DNA from: a virus
Lineage: Duplodnaviria > Caudoviricetes
Virus record (IMG/VR): IMGVR_UViG_3300034061_004620
Reading direction: 5' to 3' (one strand)
Length of the DNA: 64,000 nucleotides
Part shown: piece after piece, positions 21,228 through 31,561 of the stretch
Position numbering within the stretch: the stretch's first letter is position 1
Layout: every line of letters starts with the position of its first letter
Notes under the pieces: model-generated
Database searches by the model: none
The model's input: only the letters and a program-made list of their open reading frames with translations
Told to the model about the DNA's origin: nothing
Translations under genes and position numbers: made by a program

Positions 21228-21679
21228 GAGCAGTAGATTTCTTAGGTGAATTATTTGATCCCGCTACAGCGTTTGAGATAGAGTGGGATGAAACATTTGC
21301 ACCTGATGAATTACATGCCACATCCTACGATAGGCAAGGTCGTGAGATCAATATTAGCTTTGTGCCAATCAGCGGCGATGCAGTAGACATAGAGTTTAAG
21401 CGAGGTGGCAGTTTTGATGTTACTGGTAGAGGTGATGCAGAAAGAGTGTTTGGCACGGTTATTCAGGCAGTTGCAACATATCTTAGTAAGTATCGTAGAC
21501 CTGAATACATATTGTTCAGCGGTAAAGAAACCAGCAGAAACAAATTGTATCTACGCTTGGTGGCAAGATATGCGGCAAGATACGGTTATCAAGAAATTGG
21601 CATAAATGATTTGCCCGATGAACTGTTTTCTATGTCATTGCCTGCAGATATTTTTATTTTACAGCGAGTGGGTCAATGA
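21224..21679 (+). CDS. Hypothetical protein, putative internal head protein
   Basis: MRAVDFLGE N-terminus; VFGTVIQAV..SRNKLYLRLV. Confidence 0.6.
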   Translation: MRAVDFLGELFDPATAFEIEWDETFAPDELHATSYDRQGREINISFVPISGDAVDIEFKRGGSFDVTGRGDAERVFGTVIQAVATYLSKYRRPEYILFSGKETSRNKLYLRLVARYAARYGYQEIGINDLPDELFSMSLPADIFILQRVGQ

Positions 21680-22782
21680 GAGCAGATGATTTTTTAAACG
21701 AAGGTGGTCTTAGAAGCTGGTTATGGAAACTGGGCAAAGATGCCTTTGACTATGCAGCCGGTCAAGCTCCTCGTGTAAAAAATACCATAGATCAACCCAA
21801 AGGCGGCATGTTTGGTGGCCGGGTTCCTGGTAGCCCTGATGATGTTTCGCATGTGTATAGAAACATGAGCCCAGAAGAATTAGCGGCAGCTCGCAAGTCC
21901 GGCTACTTTGAAAAGAATCCAGCCCCCGGTCGTACCACATGGGATACAGATAAAAAGTATTGGAGCCAAGGTGATACCGAAGGTTATTTTGGTCGAGCCT
22001 GGAAAGACACTCCAGACAACGCACAAGTAAGATTACCGCAAGAAAAGCTGCCTCGCTGGACAGCAGGCAGAACTGGAGATGCCGAAGTAATTGATAAAAC
22101 TACAGGTACATGGGGACCAGTCAAGGAAGACGATCTTGATGAAATGGCTGGCAAAATAAATGTTGGTATCAGCCAATATCTTGCAAAAAAAGGCTACAAA
22201 TATCTTGGTGGCGGTATAGACAAACAGGCCTATCTGGAACCCGGTGGACAAGTATTGATTGTGTTTGGCTATCGTCAAGGCACAATATTTGACTTTAGTC
22301 CGGATCAAAGAATGTTTGTAAACTGGATCAACTATTGTAATAAAAATTCAAACAATCCGCACTTGCCCAAGTTCTCAGGCTTTGAAAGTTTTGAATTTCA
22401 AGGCAGACGATACATCCAGGCCAGAATGGAAGCACTACGAGAATTACCCGGCGAAGTAGGTAATCTGGTCGGTAACATTGAAGAAGCTGTTCGGAAATTA
22501 AGAAAAAACAATTATGATACTGCATTCAACACCCTAATCAATTATGCTCAACACAGCAGTTATGAAGACGAAGATCCCTACTACTACGAAATTGAGAATA
22601 CAATGGAATTACTGGGCGGAGCAGAGGCAGCAAAGAATTTATTAAAGACTGTAAAGACAGTGCAACAATTTGCAAGAAAACACAACTACAGCATAGATCT
22701 ACATCGTGGTAATTATATGCAACGACCAGACGGTACTATTGTGGTCAATGATCCTTTTGTGATCTGGGAAAGAAATCTATGA
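21676..22782 (+). CDS. Two-domain protein with a C-terminal protein-kinase/APH-like domain
   Basis: LGGGIDKQAY Gly loop, NPHLPKF, DLHRGNYM catalytic loop, IVVNDPF. Start MRADDFLNE. Confidence 0.7.
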   Translation: MRADDFLNEGGLRSWLWKLGKDAFDYAAGQAPRVKNTIDQPKGGMFGGRVPGSPDDVSHVYRNMSPEELAAARKSGYFEKNPAPGRTTWDTDKKYWSQGDTEGYFGRAWKDTPDNAQVRLPQEKLPRWTAGRTGDAEVIDKTTGTWGPVKEDDLDEMAGKINVGISQYLAKKGYKYLGGGIDKQAYLEPGGQVLIVFGYRQGTIFDFSPDQRMFVNWINYCNKNSNNPHLPKFSGFESFEFQGRRYIQARMEALRELPGEVGNLVGNIEEAVRKLRKNNYDTAFNTLINYAQHSSYEDEDPYYYEIENTMELLGGAEAAKNLLKTVKTVQQFARKHNYSIDLHRGNYMQRPDGTIVVNDPFVIWERNL

Positions 22783-23801
22783 GAGCCGACGAGTTTGTAA
22801 CTGAACGTAAAAAGAAAAAACGTAAACGCAGCAACAAATATTTCGGCGGTTACTGGTATCCCGGCTACGGTTATTACGGCAGTGGTGCGTACGGCGGCGA
22901 GTCAGGCGATGGTGGTGGAGATGGTGGCGGTGGAGAAAGTGTCACAGAAGCCAAAACCAGCAAGGTGCTTTTTATAGGCAACGATACTGCTATTGTGGGA
23001 CAAGAACATGGCAAGCGATTACAGTTGTCAGATTCTGACGCTGAAAGAGTACAAGCCATTGCCCAACGTCACGGTGCCTGGTACGAAGGCAATGGTATGG
23101 ATCGCAAACTTACCCAAGGCATCATTGACGATTATGAAGGTAGTTGGGATGACGATTTGTTATCTCCGGCCATCAAAGGATATCCTGCACCATTCTTATA
23201 TGTTCTATTCTCTAATATAAAAGAGAATGATACGGTAGAAGGCAAGATTGGATCGGATCCTGAATCTACAATATTTGATAGAATAATTGACACACAACCC
23301 AGCACAAACTATTTTCCAGATAGAAAGTTTGATGCTGAAACATTACAAAAGTTTTTACAGGCTGTCAGCGAAGGACCGTATGATTTTGTTCAAATGAGTC
23401 AAGCACCTGCTACAGAAAGTAATGTTAGACGATTTTTTACCATGGGTGAACAGCTGATGTGGCCTGATAATTGGGAACAATATCCTAACCGTGCAGGTCG
23501 CGTGGCAAAATCAGTAAATGACTTACGTGACAAGTTTTTAGCTTCCCGAAAACAGGGAGTGTATGTGGCCGGCAGTGACCATCTCCAAGCGGTAAAACAG
23601 TTTTTAGATCAAACAGTAAATGAAAATTTTGCCGATGGCAAGATTAAGAGCAAAAGCCGTCCTGGGCGTGTGAAGAGAGCAGGAGCCAGCTGCAACGGCT
23701 CTGTCACAGACTTACGCCAACGTGCCAAGAATGCCAGCGGCGAAAAAGCCAAGATGTATCACTGGTGTGCAAACATGAAAAGCGGCCGCAGTAAAAAATA
23801 A
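22779..23801 (+). CDS. Multi-segment hypothetical protein, putative head polyprotein
   Basis: MRADEFVTE start; a basic plus Gly/Tyr-rich segment, then SVTE|A and TVNE|N junctions; terminal HWCANMKSG module. Confidence 0.6.
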   Translation: MRADEFVTERKKKKRKRSNKYFGGYWYPGYGYYGSGAYGGESGDGGGDGGGGESVTEAKTSKVLFIGNDTAIVGQEHGKRLQLSDSDAERVQAIAQRHGAWYEGNGMDRKLTQGIIDDYEGSWDDDLLSPAIKGYPAPFLYVLFSNIKENDTVEGKIGSDPESTIFDRIIDTQPSTNYFPDRKFDAETLQKFLQAVSEGPYDFVQMSQAPATESNVRRFFTMGEQLMWPDNWEQYPNRAGRVAKSVNDLRDKFLASRKQGVYVAGSDHLQAVKQFLDQTVNENFADGKIKSKSRPGRVKRAGASCNGSVTDLRQRAKNASGEKAKMYHWCANMKSGRSKK

Positions 23802-23809
23802 ATAAATTT

Positions 23810-24709
23810 ATGCCTAATATAGACCGTGTTCTCAATTTAATAGATCAGTGCGACTTTTCTGCAGATAATCCTTTTGAGCTTCGTGAAAATTTATTTCCTG
23901 TTCTCGGCGAAATAGCTTCTCCCACAATCGTAAAACTATTCGAAAAAACTTGTTATAACGGTTGGCTTGTTTTTGGGTTCGAAGCTGAAAATGCTGTAGT
24001 ACTACGGTACGACAATATTTTATCAAAATTCAATGACGGATCATTAGATGTATATTTTGGACACTTGTCAGAATCTGAACGTAATCAAATAAAATCAAAG
24101 TTCAAAGAAGTTATAGACGATGAAGTAAAACACAGTGAAATGTTTAGTGCCATTATTGGCAAGATGAAAGCTATCAAAGACTATAGACCAGAATTTGTCT
24201 CACCTACTTGTTTGGAATTTATACAATCAGAAAACGATCTTTGGCACACAAATAGTTTTATTGAACTATTACCAAACATTGTAACTGGCGAAAGCTATTT
24301 GTATGCGGCATTTGTTTTGTTTTCTAAGTATAGCAAAAATCCTATCAAACAACAAATTTTTAAAGAATTTATTAGAGATGAGTCAAGACATGTAGCGCAC
24401 TTTATGAATATAATGAAAAAAGCTTATATAGATGATGTTGAACAAAAAAGATACGATAGAAAGTTTTTCCAATTTGCCAAAGATAGGTCACAATTTGAAG
24501 ATGCAAAATTTAAAAATTTTTTAGACACGTTATCTATAAGTGCCGAAATAAAAAAAAATATCGTCAATAAAGCTTATACTACAGAATTTCACCAAACTTT
24601 CAGAAAGTTGTATGCTAAGAAAACCTGGCAATTTTACAACATAGTGTTTCCTGACGTTGATCAAGAAACATATGAAAAGATGTTGTATCCAAATTTAATA
24701 AATAGTTAA
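23810..24709 (+). CDS. Ferritin-like di-iron protein
   Basis: Two ExxH motifs (DEVKH, DESRH) with an upstream GESY; AT-rich relative to neighbours. Confidence 0.65.
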   Translation: MPNIDRVLNLIDQCDFSADNPFELRENLFPVLGEIASPTIVKLFEKTCYNGWLVFGFEAENAVVLRYDNILSKFNDGSLDVYFGHLSESERNQIKSKFKEVIDDEVKHSEMFSAIIGKMKAIKDYRPEFVSPTCLEFIQSENDLWHTNSFIELLPNIVTGESYLYAAFVLFSKYSKNPIKQQIFKEFIRDESRHVAHFMNIMKKAYIDDVEQKRYDRKFFQFAKDRSQFEDAKFKNFLDTLSISAEIKKNIVNKAYTTEFHQTFRKLYAKKTWQFYNIVFPDVDQETYEKMLYPNLINS

Positions 24710-25074
24710 TGCGTTCTCATGAATTCGACAACAAACAAACTGCTGTTAGATATTTTAGCCGACGACCTGAAGTGGTTGGTAAAGTGGATGCAGGCGACTA
24801 CACTTTTTTCTTAGACGAACACCTATTAGACCAAGCCCAAGACCGGCGAGTAGATGATTTTGTGCTTACCAAAGTAATACCAAAAATACCACAAGCCAAA
24901 GCCAAAATACGTCAACTGGGCGCAGGCCAGCATTTTTGGCTTTACGATAATACCAATCAAATTGCACTTGGCGTGCAAATATGGCACACAGATTACAAAA
25001 TTTTTATTATAAGAACCGTATGGAATGGCATGCCCTCAAGCGATGCTAATTATCCAATCTTTAATGTTGCATAA
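24709..25074 (+). CDS. Hypothetical protein
   Basis: MRSHEF start, preceded by an ATAAATA box. Confidence 0.6.
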   Translation: MRSHEFDNKQTAVRYFSRRPEVVGKVDAGDYTFFLDEHLLDQAQDRRVDDFVLTKVIPKIPQAKAKIRQLGAGQHFWLYDNTNQIALGVQIWHTDYKIFIIRTVWNGMPSSDANYPIFNVA

Positions 25075-25137
25075 AAACAACAATTGACTTAAATTCGCCC
25101 GTTTGCTATACTCTTATTACTGTAACTAATTAGGAGT
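25065..25137 (+). promoter_or_regulatory. Early sigma70 promoter with upstream inverted-repeat box
   Basis: TTGACT (25084) -17- TATACT (25107); TGTTGC-N6-ACAACA upstream; AACTAATTAGGAG RBS. Confidence 0.8.
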
Positions 25138-25142
25138 TAGCA

Positions 25143-28100
25143 ATGTCGCAACTTTCAATCCAGGATGTTAATTCAGCAATCATGTTTGGTTCGTTTACAA
25201 ATGAGCAACTGGAAAGCATCACCTGTGCTATCAAGTACCGACGCGGCCAAATTAACCGAGAAACCAAACGTGCCTTGATGCTGGGCGATGTTGTTAAATT
25301 TACACATCCCAAGACTGGGCGCACTCACCGAGGAAATGTTGTTAAAATTAACATAAAAAACATCAAGGTGCGTGAGAATAACACTACCTGGAACGTTCCT
25401 GCTAATATGCTAACTGTTGCTGAATAAGCAACAATGTTGCAAAAAAAGCAACATTTTATTTTGGTAGACCATAAAGACCCATTTTGCTATACTATTGGTA
25501 TAGTAACTAATAAGGAGCGTAATAAATGAGCAAGCTTACCGAATACACTTTTGAAATCTTCAAAGCCGACAAGCGTATCAAAAAAGATGAACGCTATGGT
25601 CGCAACAAGATGGGTCTGCGTTTTGTGGAAGTCAAAGACTTCGCACCACTTACTCGCAGTCATGCAGAAGTATTAGCCGACGGCATCCGTAAAGAAGGCC
25701 TGGTTGTTCATGTGTATGAAACTTTTGTCACCCGCAAGAACATGATGTCGGGCAAAGAGTACCAGGAGCGTTATGACACTCCGTACTACTGCTCGCCCAG
25801 TTCCGAATCTTACTTTAGCATGTAATTGTCAAGGAGACAGCAATGACCAAATTTGAAAAACAAGTTAGACAATTGGCCCAAGTAGTGGGCGACCCTGAGG
25901 GCAAGTTAGAAGAAACTGTAGATTACATTGCCTGTGAAATGCAGGTATCGCTGAGTGACGTGCGTCGAGTATTCAAGGAGAAATAAAATGGAAATTTCTT
26001 GTGCGAATGTTCCTGGTGGTTGGCAGACCGTAGTATATACTGCCGATGGCGGAGAATACTCGTTTGGTCCTGTATACAATCGTGTAACGGACTTATGGAC
26101 CTGGCAGCGGGCTAACTTGTTTGATGTAGCCCAGGGTTATCGTTTAATGAAGGAGGCAGCGTGATGATAGATTCCACTCTAATTGCTGAAAAATTTACTC
26201 GCCACGGTGGTGCATTTGATCGTGGCAGCGCCGATAGCTATTATGGCCGCGGTCCTCGCCCGCATTACTTTGTGGGTGGTACATATCAAAGTGCCGAGAT
26301 TGTGGCTGAAGAAGGTACCCCCGAATATGAAGCTTATATGATGGGATACGAATACAATGAGACGCATGGCGACAAGAAGGATTGGGGTTAATTATGCCTA
26401 AACAATTTTTACGAAATATAATTGACGCTATTCCTACACCCACTCCTGAACAAGGAGATTGTGCAGTCAATTTGATGTTGGCTTTTGTGTCAGGGTTTAT
26501 TTTTGCTATATTGGTATTTGGACATTAATTGTAAAGGAAACTGACATGGATTTTACTCAAGACCAAATCAACGATATTGTACGTGAAGCAAGAGATGCTG
26601 CCTATGCGGCTTCGGATGAATTCTTCCGTGTGAAATTGGGCGGTGTGGATCAGTATGCGTGTGGCTTTGCTTGGACCAATATTTACAAGGTCAAAGGCAA
26701 TAGCAAATTGGGACGTATGCTGAAGGCAGCTGGCATTCGTCAAGACTACAACCGCACATTCCAACTTTGGAATCCAGCCGGTTATCCGGTGCAGAACATT
26801 GACACCTTGGAAACCGGTGCCAGGGCTGCGGCTGATGTGTTTCGTAAATACGGCTTCGATGCATACGCAGGGTCAAGGTTGGATTGATGTCTGAACTGAT
26901 TCAACAGTTAGCAGATCAAGCACGAGCAGAGGTGCCCAAAGGCATCCTTGCTCCGGATCTCTGGATTGAGCAGTATAATCTAATTTTAGGTAGACTAATA
27001 ATAGACGAATGCGTTAAAGTTATGCATGAGCAAGAAAGAATTCCAGCAGGATTCTTGTATGCCAAAAGTGCAGAAACGCACAAGTTAGCGATACAACAAC
27101 ATTTTGGAGTTGATGAATGATTTATGCTTTGATTTTGATTACAGCCGCCGGTGTACCTCAGCCACCTGTTGGGTTCTATCCAAGCAAGACTGAGTGTCAA
27201 GAAACAGCCAAAGAACTTGCTACCAAAGAATACCGGGCAGTCTGTGTTAGGCAGCAGTCGCAAGAAGAAAGTATGGCTCAAGCACAGAACATGATGAAAA
27301 GTTTTATGCAGCTGATTCCGGCTCAAAAATAACAGGAGGCCATATGGGTTATACTGTGTTAGGTGAACGCGATGCACGTTGGCAACCACGCAAGGGTTTG
27401 GAAGGTCCTTTCTTTTATGCCAATGGTCGTGTGCTGTACTATGATCCCAAAGAAGGTCAATACTATGACCCTTTAACAGACTATTATGTGGAGCAGGATG
27501 AGATCAACGAACTCCACGCTCACCTTGCCAGGATGCTGTCACGATAATGACTGCCTTTTATATTTTATTTCTCGCGTTCCATTTCTTTATGAGTGGCATG
27601 CTGACCAGTGCTATACTTACAAATCGTGCGGAACACAAACCTAACCCGTTGCGATTGTATGTGGTTGCTGTATTGTGTTTTTTGTTTGGACTTTACTTTA
27701 CAATAGCATTGATAGGATATAGCTCACTGTGAATAAGCGATATTATAATAATGATAGCACCGTTATCTCTCGTTTGGCTGACCAGGCTCATGAAACAAGT
27801 TGCTTGATTTATGACGAAAGACTTAAAAAAGAACGAGCTGATGCGGTTATCTTTTATGATATTTTCAATCAAAAGTTCGCCGAGTTGATTGTTAAAGAAT
27901 GTTTGGAATGGTGTGATGCTCATGCTACGATTAATGGAACGGCACAGCAGATCCGTGATTCTATAAAGAACCATTTTGGAGTTGAATCATAGACATTTGG
28001 ATTTTAGTTTTAATTACCGCTATTGCACCAAATAAGATATTGTATGATCCTTATTTGGAAACTGTCAGCGAACAGGCGTGTCTCAAGCAAGCAGAATTCG

Positions 28101-28149
28101 TTAGACAAAGACAACCCGAAGCTCGAACTTTTTGTGTAAAGAAACGATA
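25143..28149 (+). other. Run of about 13 short early hypothetical ORFs
   Basis: ORFs at 25143, 25526, 25843, 25988, 26161, 26546, 26884, 27117, 27344, 27547 and 27729, mostly with AGGAG RBS or overlapping stops. Confidence 0.7.
25415..25517 (+). promoter_or_regulatory. Early promoter module with two TGTTGC-N7-GCAACA boxes
   Basis: Boxes at 25415-25433 and 25435-25453; TAGACC (25465) -17- TATACT (25488). Confidence 0.8.
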
Positions 28150-28701
28150 ATGAATATAAAAATAATTGCACTATCTTTTTTACTTGCTGCTTGCTCCTCT
28201 ACCAGCTTGCAAGATACACCGACCAAAGATCCGCCTACGATCGATAACAGAACAAAACAAAACACCAATGGCACCCGTAATACAGATGTAATTGTAAATG
28301 CCAATCCTGAACCTGTTGTTGAAGTTCGTAAAAACAAGATCCCAGATAGGGCGGATCCCAACACCTTATTTCAAGAAAGTTCAATATATTTTGATTTGGA
28401 CGAATACACTGTTAAAGAATCGTTTATACCTTTACTAAAACAACATGCAGAGTTCTTGATAAAAAATCCCAACGAATTTGTATTCATACAAGGACACACT
28501 GACGAACGCGGCGGCACTGAATACAACTTGGCACTGGGACAACGGCGAGCCAATGCAGTCAAAATGGCTTTGTCAAGACTGGGTGTAAGCGATCAACAGA
28601 TGGAAGCATTTTCGTATGGTAGTACCAAACCTCGAGCTGCGGGCAGTACCGAAGAGGCCTGGGCTGAGAATCGTCGTGTGGACTTAGATTACAGGAACTA
28701 A
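28150..28701 (+). CDS. pal: Peptidoglycan-associated lipoprotein (Pal/OmpA C-terminal family)
   Basis: Lipobox LAAC; IYFDLD, IQGHTDERGGTEYNLALGQRRANAVK, AWAENRRVD. Confidence 0.92.
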   Translation: MNIKIIALSFLLAACSSTSLQDTPTKDPPTIDNRTKQNTNGTRNTDVIVNANPEPVVEVRKNKIPDRADPNTLFQESSIYFDLDEYTVKESFIPLLKQHAEFLIKNPNEFVFIQGHTDERGGTEYNLALGQRRANAVKMALSRLGVSDQQMEAFSYGSTKPRAAGSTEEAWAENRRVDLDYRN

Positions 28702-28961
28702 ATTATGACAGACCCTTTCAAAGACATAGCCGATCAAGCGCACTTCAACATCTACCACAGCAACTTGTGGAATGGTACGGGTCGTAGATTTGCTGAAATG
28801 ATTGTGGAACGATGCGCCAGCATGTGTGGCAGTCAGGCCGACCGCAAAAATCTTCGCCAGGCATTTGGTCTGCCTGTGGAGAGTGATGTCAAGTACCCAG
28901 GTCCTGATGCACATTGGAGTATTACGTCGCAGTATGACAGAGACTACAACTTACCCAAGTA

Positions 28962-29363
28962 ATGCTACCAGAAAAATACAAAGAAGATCTCGTAGGTGCC
29001 GGCATTGGTTTTATGCAGACCATTGCCGAAATCTATGGCGCCGATAAAGGAATGGAACTTTGGATCACAATAGCCGACACCATCGATCCCGAGCTTAAAG
29101 GTGCTGTGTTCATGGCCATGTTGACCGGCAACTATCGCAGAGACAAGATACATGTGAAGAATCCGTTTGTGAGCAAGATAGGAGACAAAATTGCTGTAAT
29201 CAAGTGCATTCGTACCTACGATCGAAGACGACTCGGACTCAAAGAAGCCAAAGATATTGCGGATAGATTGGATATGGCTGGTTCTGAAATCCTGGAAGTT
29301 GATCCTAATATTAGACCTACTTTTGCTGTAGAATTACGCAAGTTAGGGCTGGTTGCTAATTAA
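28962..29363 (+). CDS. Protein with a ribosomal protein L7/L12 C-terminal-like domain
   Basis: KIAVIKCIRTY...LGLKEAKDIAD matches the L7/L12 CTD signature; the N-terminus is unrelated to L12. Confidence 0.7.
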   Translation: MLPEKYKEDLVGAGIGFMQTIAEIYGADKGMELWITIADTIDPELKGAVFMAMLTGNYRRDKIHVKNPFVSKIGDKIAVIKCIRTYDRRRLGLKEAKDIADRLDMAGSEILEVDPNIRPTFAVELRKLGLVAN

Positions 29364-29453
29364 GCAACTTATGTTACTTTTTTGCAACATTTTATTTTGG
29401 TAGACCATAATTCGCCATTTTGCTATAATATTGGTATAGTAATTAATTAGGAG
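29351..29453 (+). promoter_or_regulatory. Early promoter module, 38 nt identical to 47772-47809
   Basis: TATTTTGGTAGACCATAATTCGCCATTTTGCTATAATA at 29393-29430; upstream GTTGC/GCAAC boxes. Confidence 0.85.
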
Positions 29454-29458
29454 AATAA

Positions 29459-31358
29459 ATGGAAAAACACACTTGTCCGGAATGCAATGGCACTACCCGT
29501 AAGCCCTATAATCTAAATCCAAGTTGGAAGCGGGTCATTGCTGGTTATGATGAGGCCACAGACACCTTGCCCTGCACCAATTGCGGTGGGCAGTATATGT
29601 TCGGTCGTCCTACGGGTCAAGTCCAGCTGAACAAAGAAGGTCAACCTTGTACGCACGTCTACAAGGGTCGTAACGCAGGCCGCTGTGTAACTGAATACAC
29701 CTGCGAACATTGTAGTGACAGATATCAAATTGACTCAGGAGATTAATATGGGATATTTTAAAGATTTGGAAATTGAAATTCGTGAAATGGATTTCAAAGG
29801 CTACACACCGCAACGGATTGCTGATGCTGTGGGTTTGAGTGTGGCTCAGATTGTTGAGCTGCTCGAAAGCGACTTTGACGAGGATCCACAGGAGTATGCG
29901 GAGCAGGCAGCAGATCTTGATGCTAATTTTTATGGGAATATACAATGACGAAAGAAGATTACGAAAAGGCTATAGCAGAGTTTCTTGCTAATGGTGGCGA
30001 AATCCAACAAATTCCTACAGGCAAAAGCTCCCCAGATGCGGGTGCAAGTGCATGGGGTCGTCCCCAAGCCAAACCCAAAGACATCACTGACATTAACGTG
30101 GACGAATTATGAACCGACTCGAAATACTTGCCAATGAATTAGCTTTGCTGAGCAACCAAAGCATGATGGAACTTGCCCAGATCTTGGTTGCAGATTACCC
30201 AACAAGAGCTGATGTACTTGAAACTCAATTAGGCGCAGCATTTTTTTACAATGACAAGGAGACTGTGAATGAGTAATTTTCTGATTTCAATTGACTACGA
30301 TCCGGTTTCGGGTGGATACATGGCATCTTATTTTAATGGCCAAACCGTCATGTTGGGTGCTACCACATATCAAGACGCTGTACTCGAAGCCGATATGTTG
30401 GAACCTGAAAACTTTGAAGTAGGCTATAACTAATGCAGGCGCAACCGGTTACCGGAGATCTTGGTCCGAAGCAGTTCGAAGCTGTAAACGGACCGATTGA
30501 CTCAAATGAACCAGAAATGCTAACATTTGAATGTAAAGGATGTGGGCAACGGTTTCCGGATACTGGATTGTATTTTTATGGTGTCAGTTCTGTTCGTTGC
30601 ACATGGTGCAGTAAATTTCCAAAGGTAAAAAATGAACGAAAAATCACAACAACTGAATGACGCTGTAGTACAATTGCATGATATTGCTCGCTTGATTGAA
30701 CAGAGCATTGGCTCCGGACAATTAAGCATGGACATTCGATCCGCTGCGGATCGTCTTAACGTGTTAATTAATCCAGTTAAACCGGAGAGTACAAGATGAG
30801 AACCTTTGTTTACGGAACCATTTTTGGTATCGTTGTAGCAACAATTGGCTTCACGGGCATTGCTCGTATGCTGGACAAGGCTGTGGTCAAAACCAAAGAG
30901 ACTGCAACTGAACTGAGTAAATGATTTTGGTTAAATTGCCGACCAAAAACAGGTTGACCTGTAATTCGAATGGCAATATAATAGTGGTATGGTTACAAAC
31001 AGTAATCTAAATTTTCAACTTTACTTGTGGAGAGTAACAAATGACTGACAAAACTTTTATGGTAGGTGGTGTTTCTAAAACTAAAGGCCAATACAAGGTT
31101 CGCTTTGCTGGCGACATGACCCGTGTCAAGATTCTTGCCAAGACTGACACTGACATCAACTTGGTTGAGTTGCCACGTGCAATGACCAAGGGTGAGCTTG
31201 TAACACATCTTAAAACTACGGATCTGTACAAGAATCCTGAGTTTGCTGCTGCAATTGATGCAGCCGATACCAAGTACAATGCTGCTGGCACTGTCAAGGT
31301 TAAAGGTGCCAAGCCAAGTATGGAGGCTATCAAAGCTCGTACCAAACAGCCAGCCTGA
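29459..31358 (+). other. Run of short early hypothetical ORFs, including a Cys-rich zinc-binding ORF (29459..29746) and 31041..31358
   Basis: CxxC pairs; RBS-preceded ORFs; promoter TTGACC (30954) -17- TATAAT (30977). Confidence 0.65.
29945..30112 (+). CDS. Small SutA-like (RNA-polymerase-binding motif) protein
   Basis: Not in the ORF track. MTKEDYEKAIAEFLANGGEIQQIP resembles the SutA 'A.FLA.GG.VQ' helix. Confidence 0.5.
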   Translation: MTKEDYEKAIAEFLANGGEIQQIPTGKSSPDAGASAWGRPQAKPKDITDINVDEL

Positions 31359-31375
31359 GCAATTTAAATGTAACA

Positions 31376-31400
31376 CAGCCCGCTTCGGCGGGCTTTTTTA
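31376..31400 (+). terminator. Intrinsic terminator
   Basis: AGCCCGC-TTCG-GCGGGCT followed by TTTTT. Confidence 0.9.
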
Positions 31401-31561
31401 CTAAATAGGATATGGACGAGATAAACCGTTTATATTTTATTGTTGGCTTCTTGTTGGGCGTTTTACTTATTGGCAGTTTATCAATTGCATTTGGTTTGAT
31501 TTATTATGAATGGATCAAACCAAATAAAGACGACGAATAAATTCCAAATTGTTTTCATACT

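Noticed and set aside
27989-28150. Small ORF before pal lacking an ATG (ATA GAC ATT TGG...)
   Set aside because: It looks coding but has no standard start codon. It could be a non-canonical start, a mutation or a sequencing error, so it is not called.
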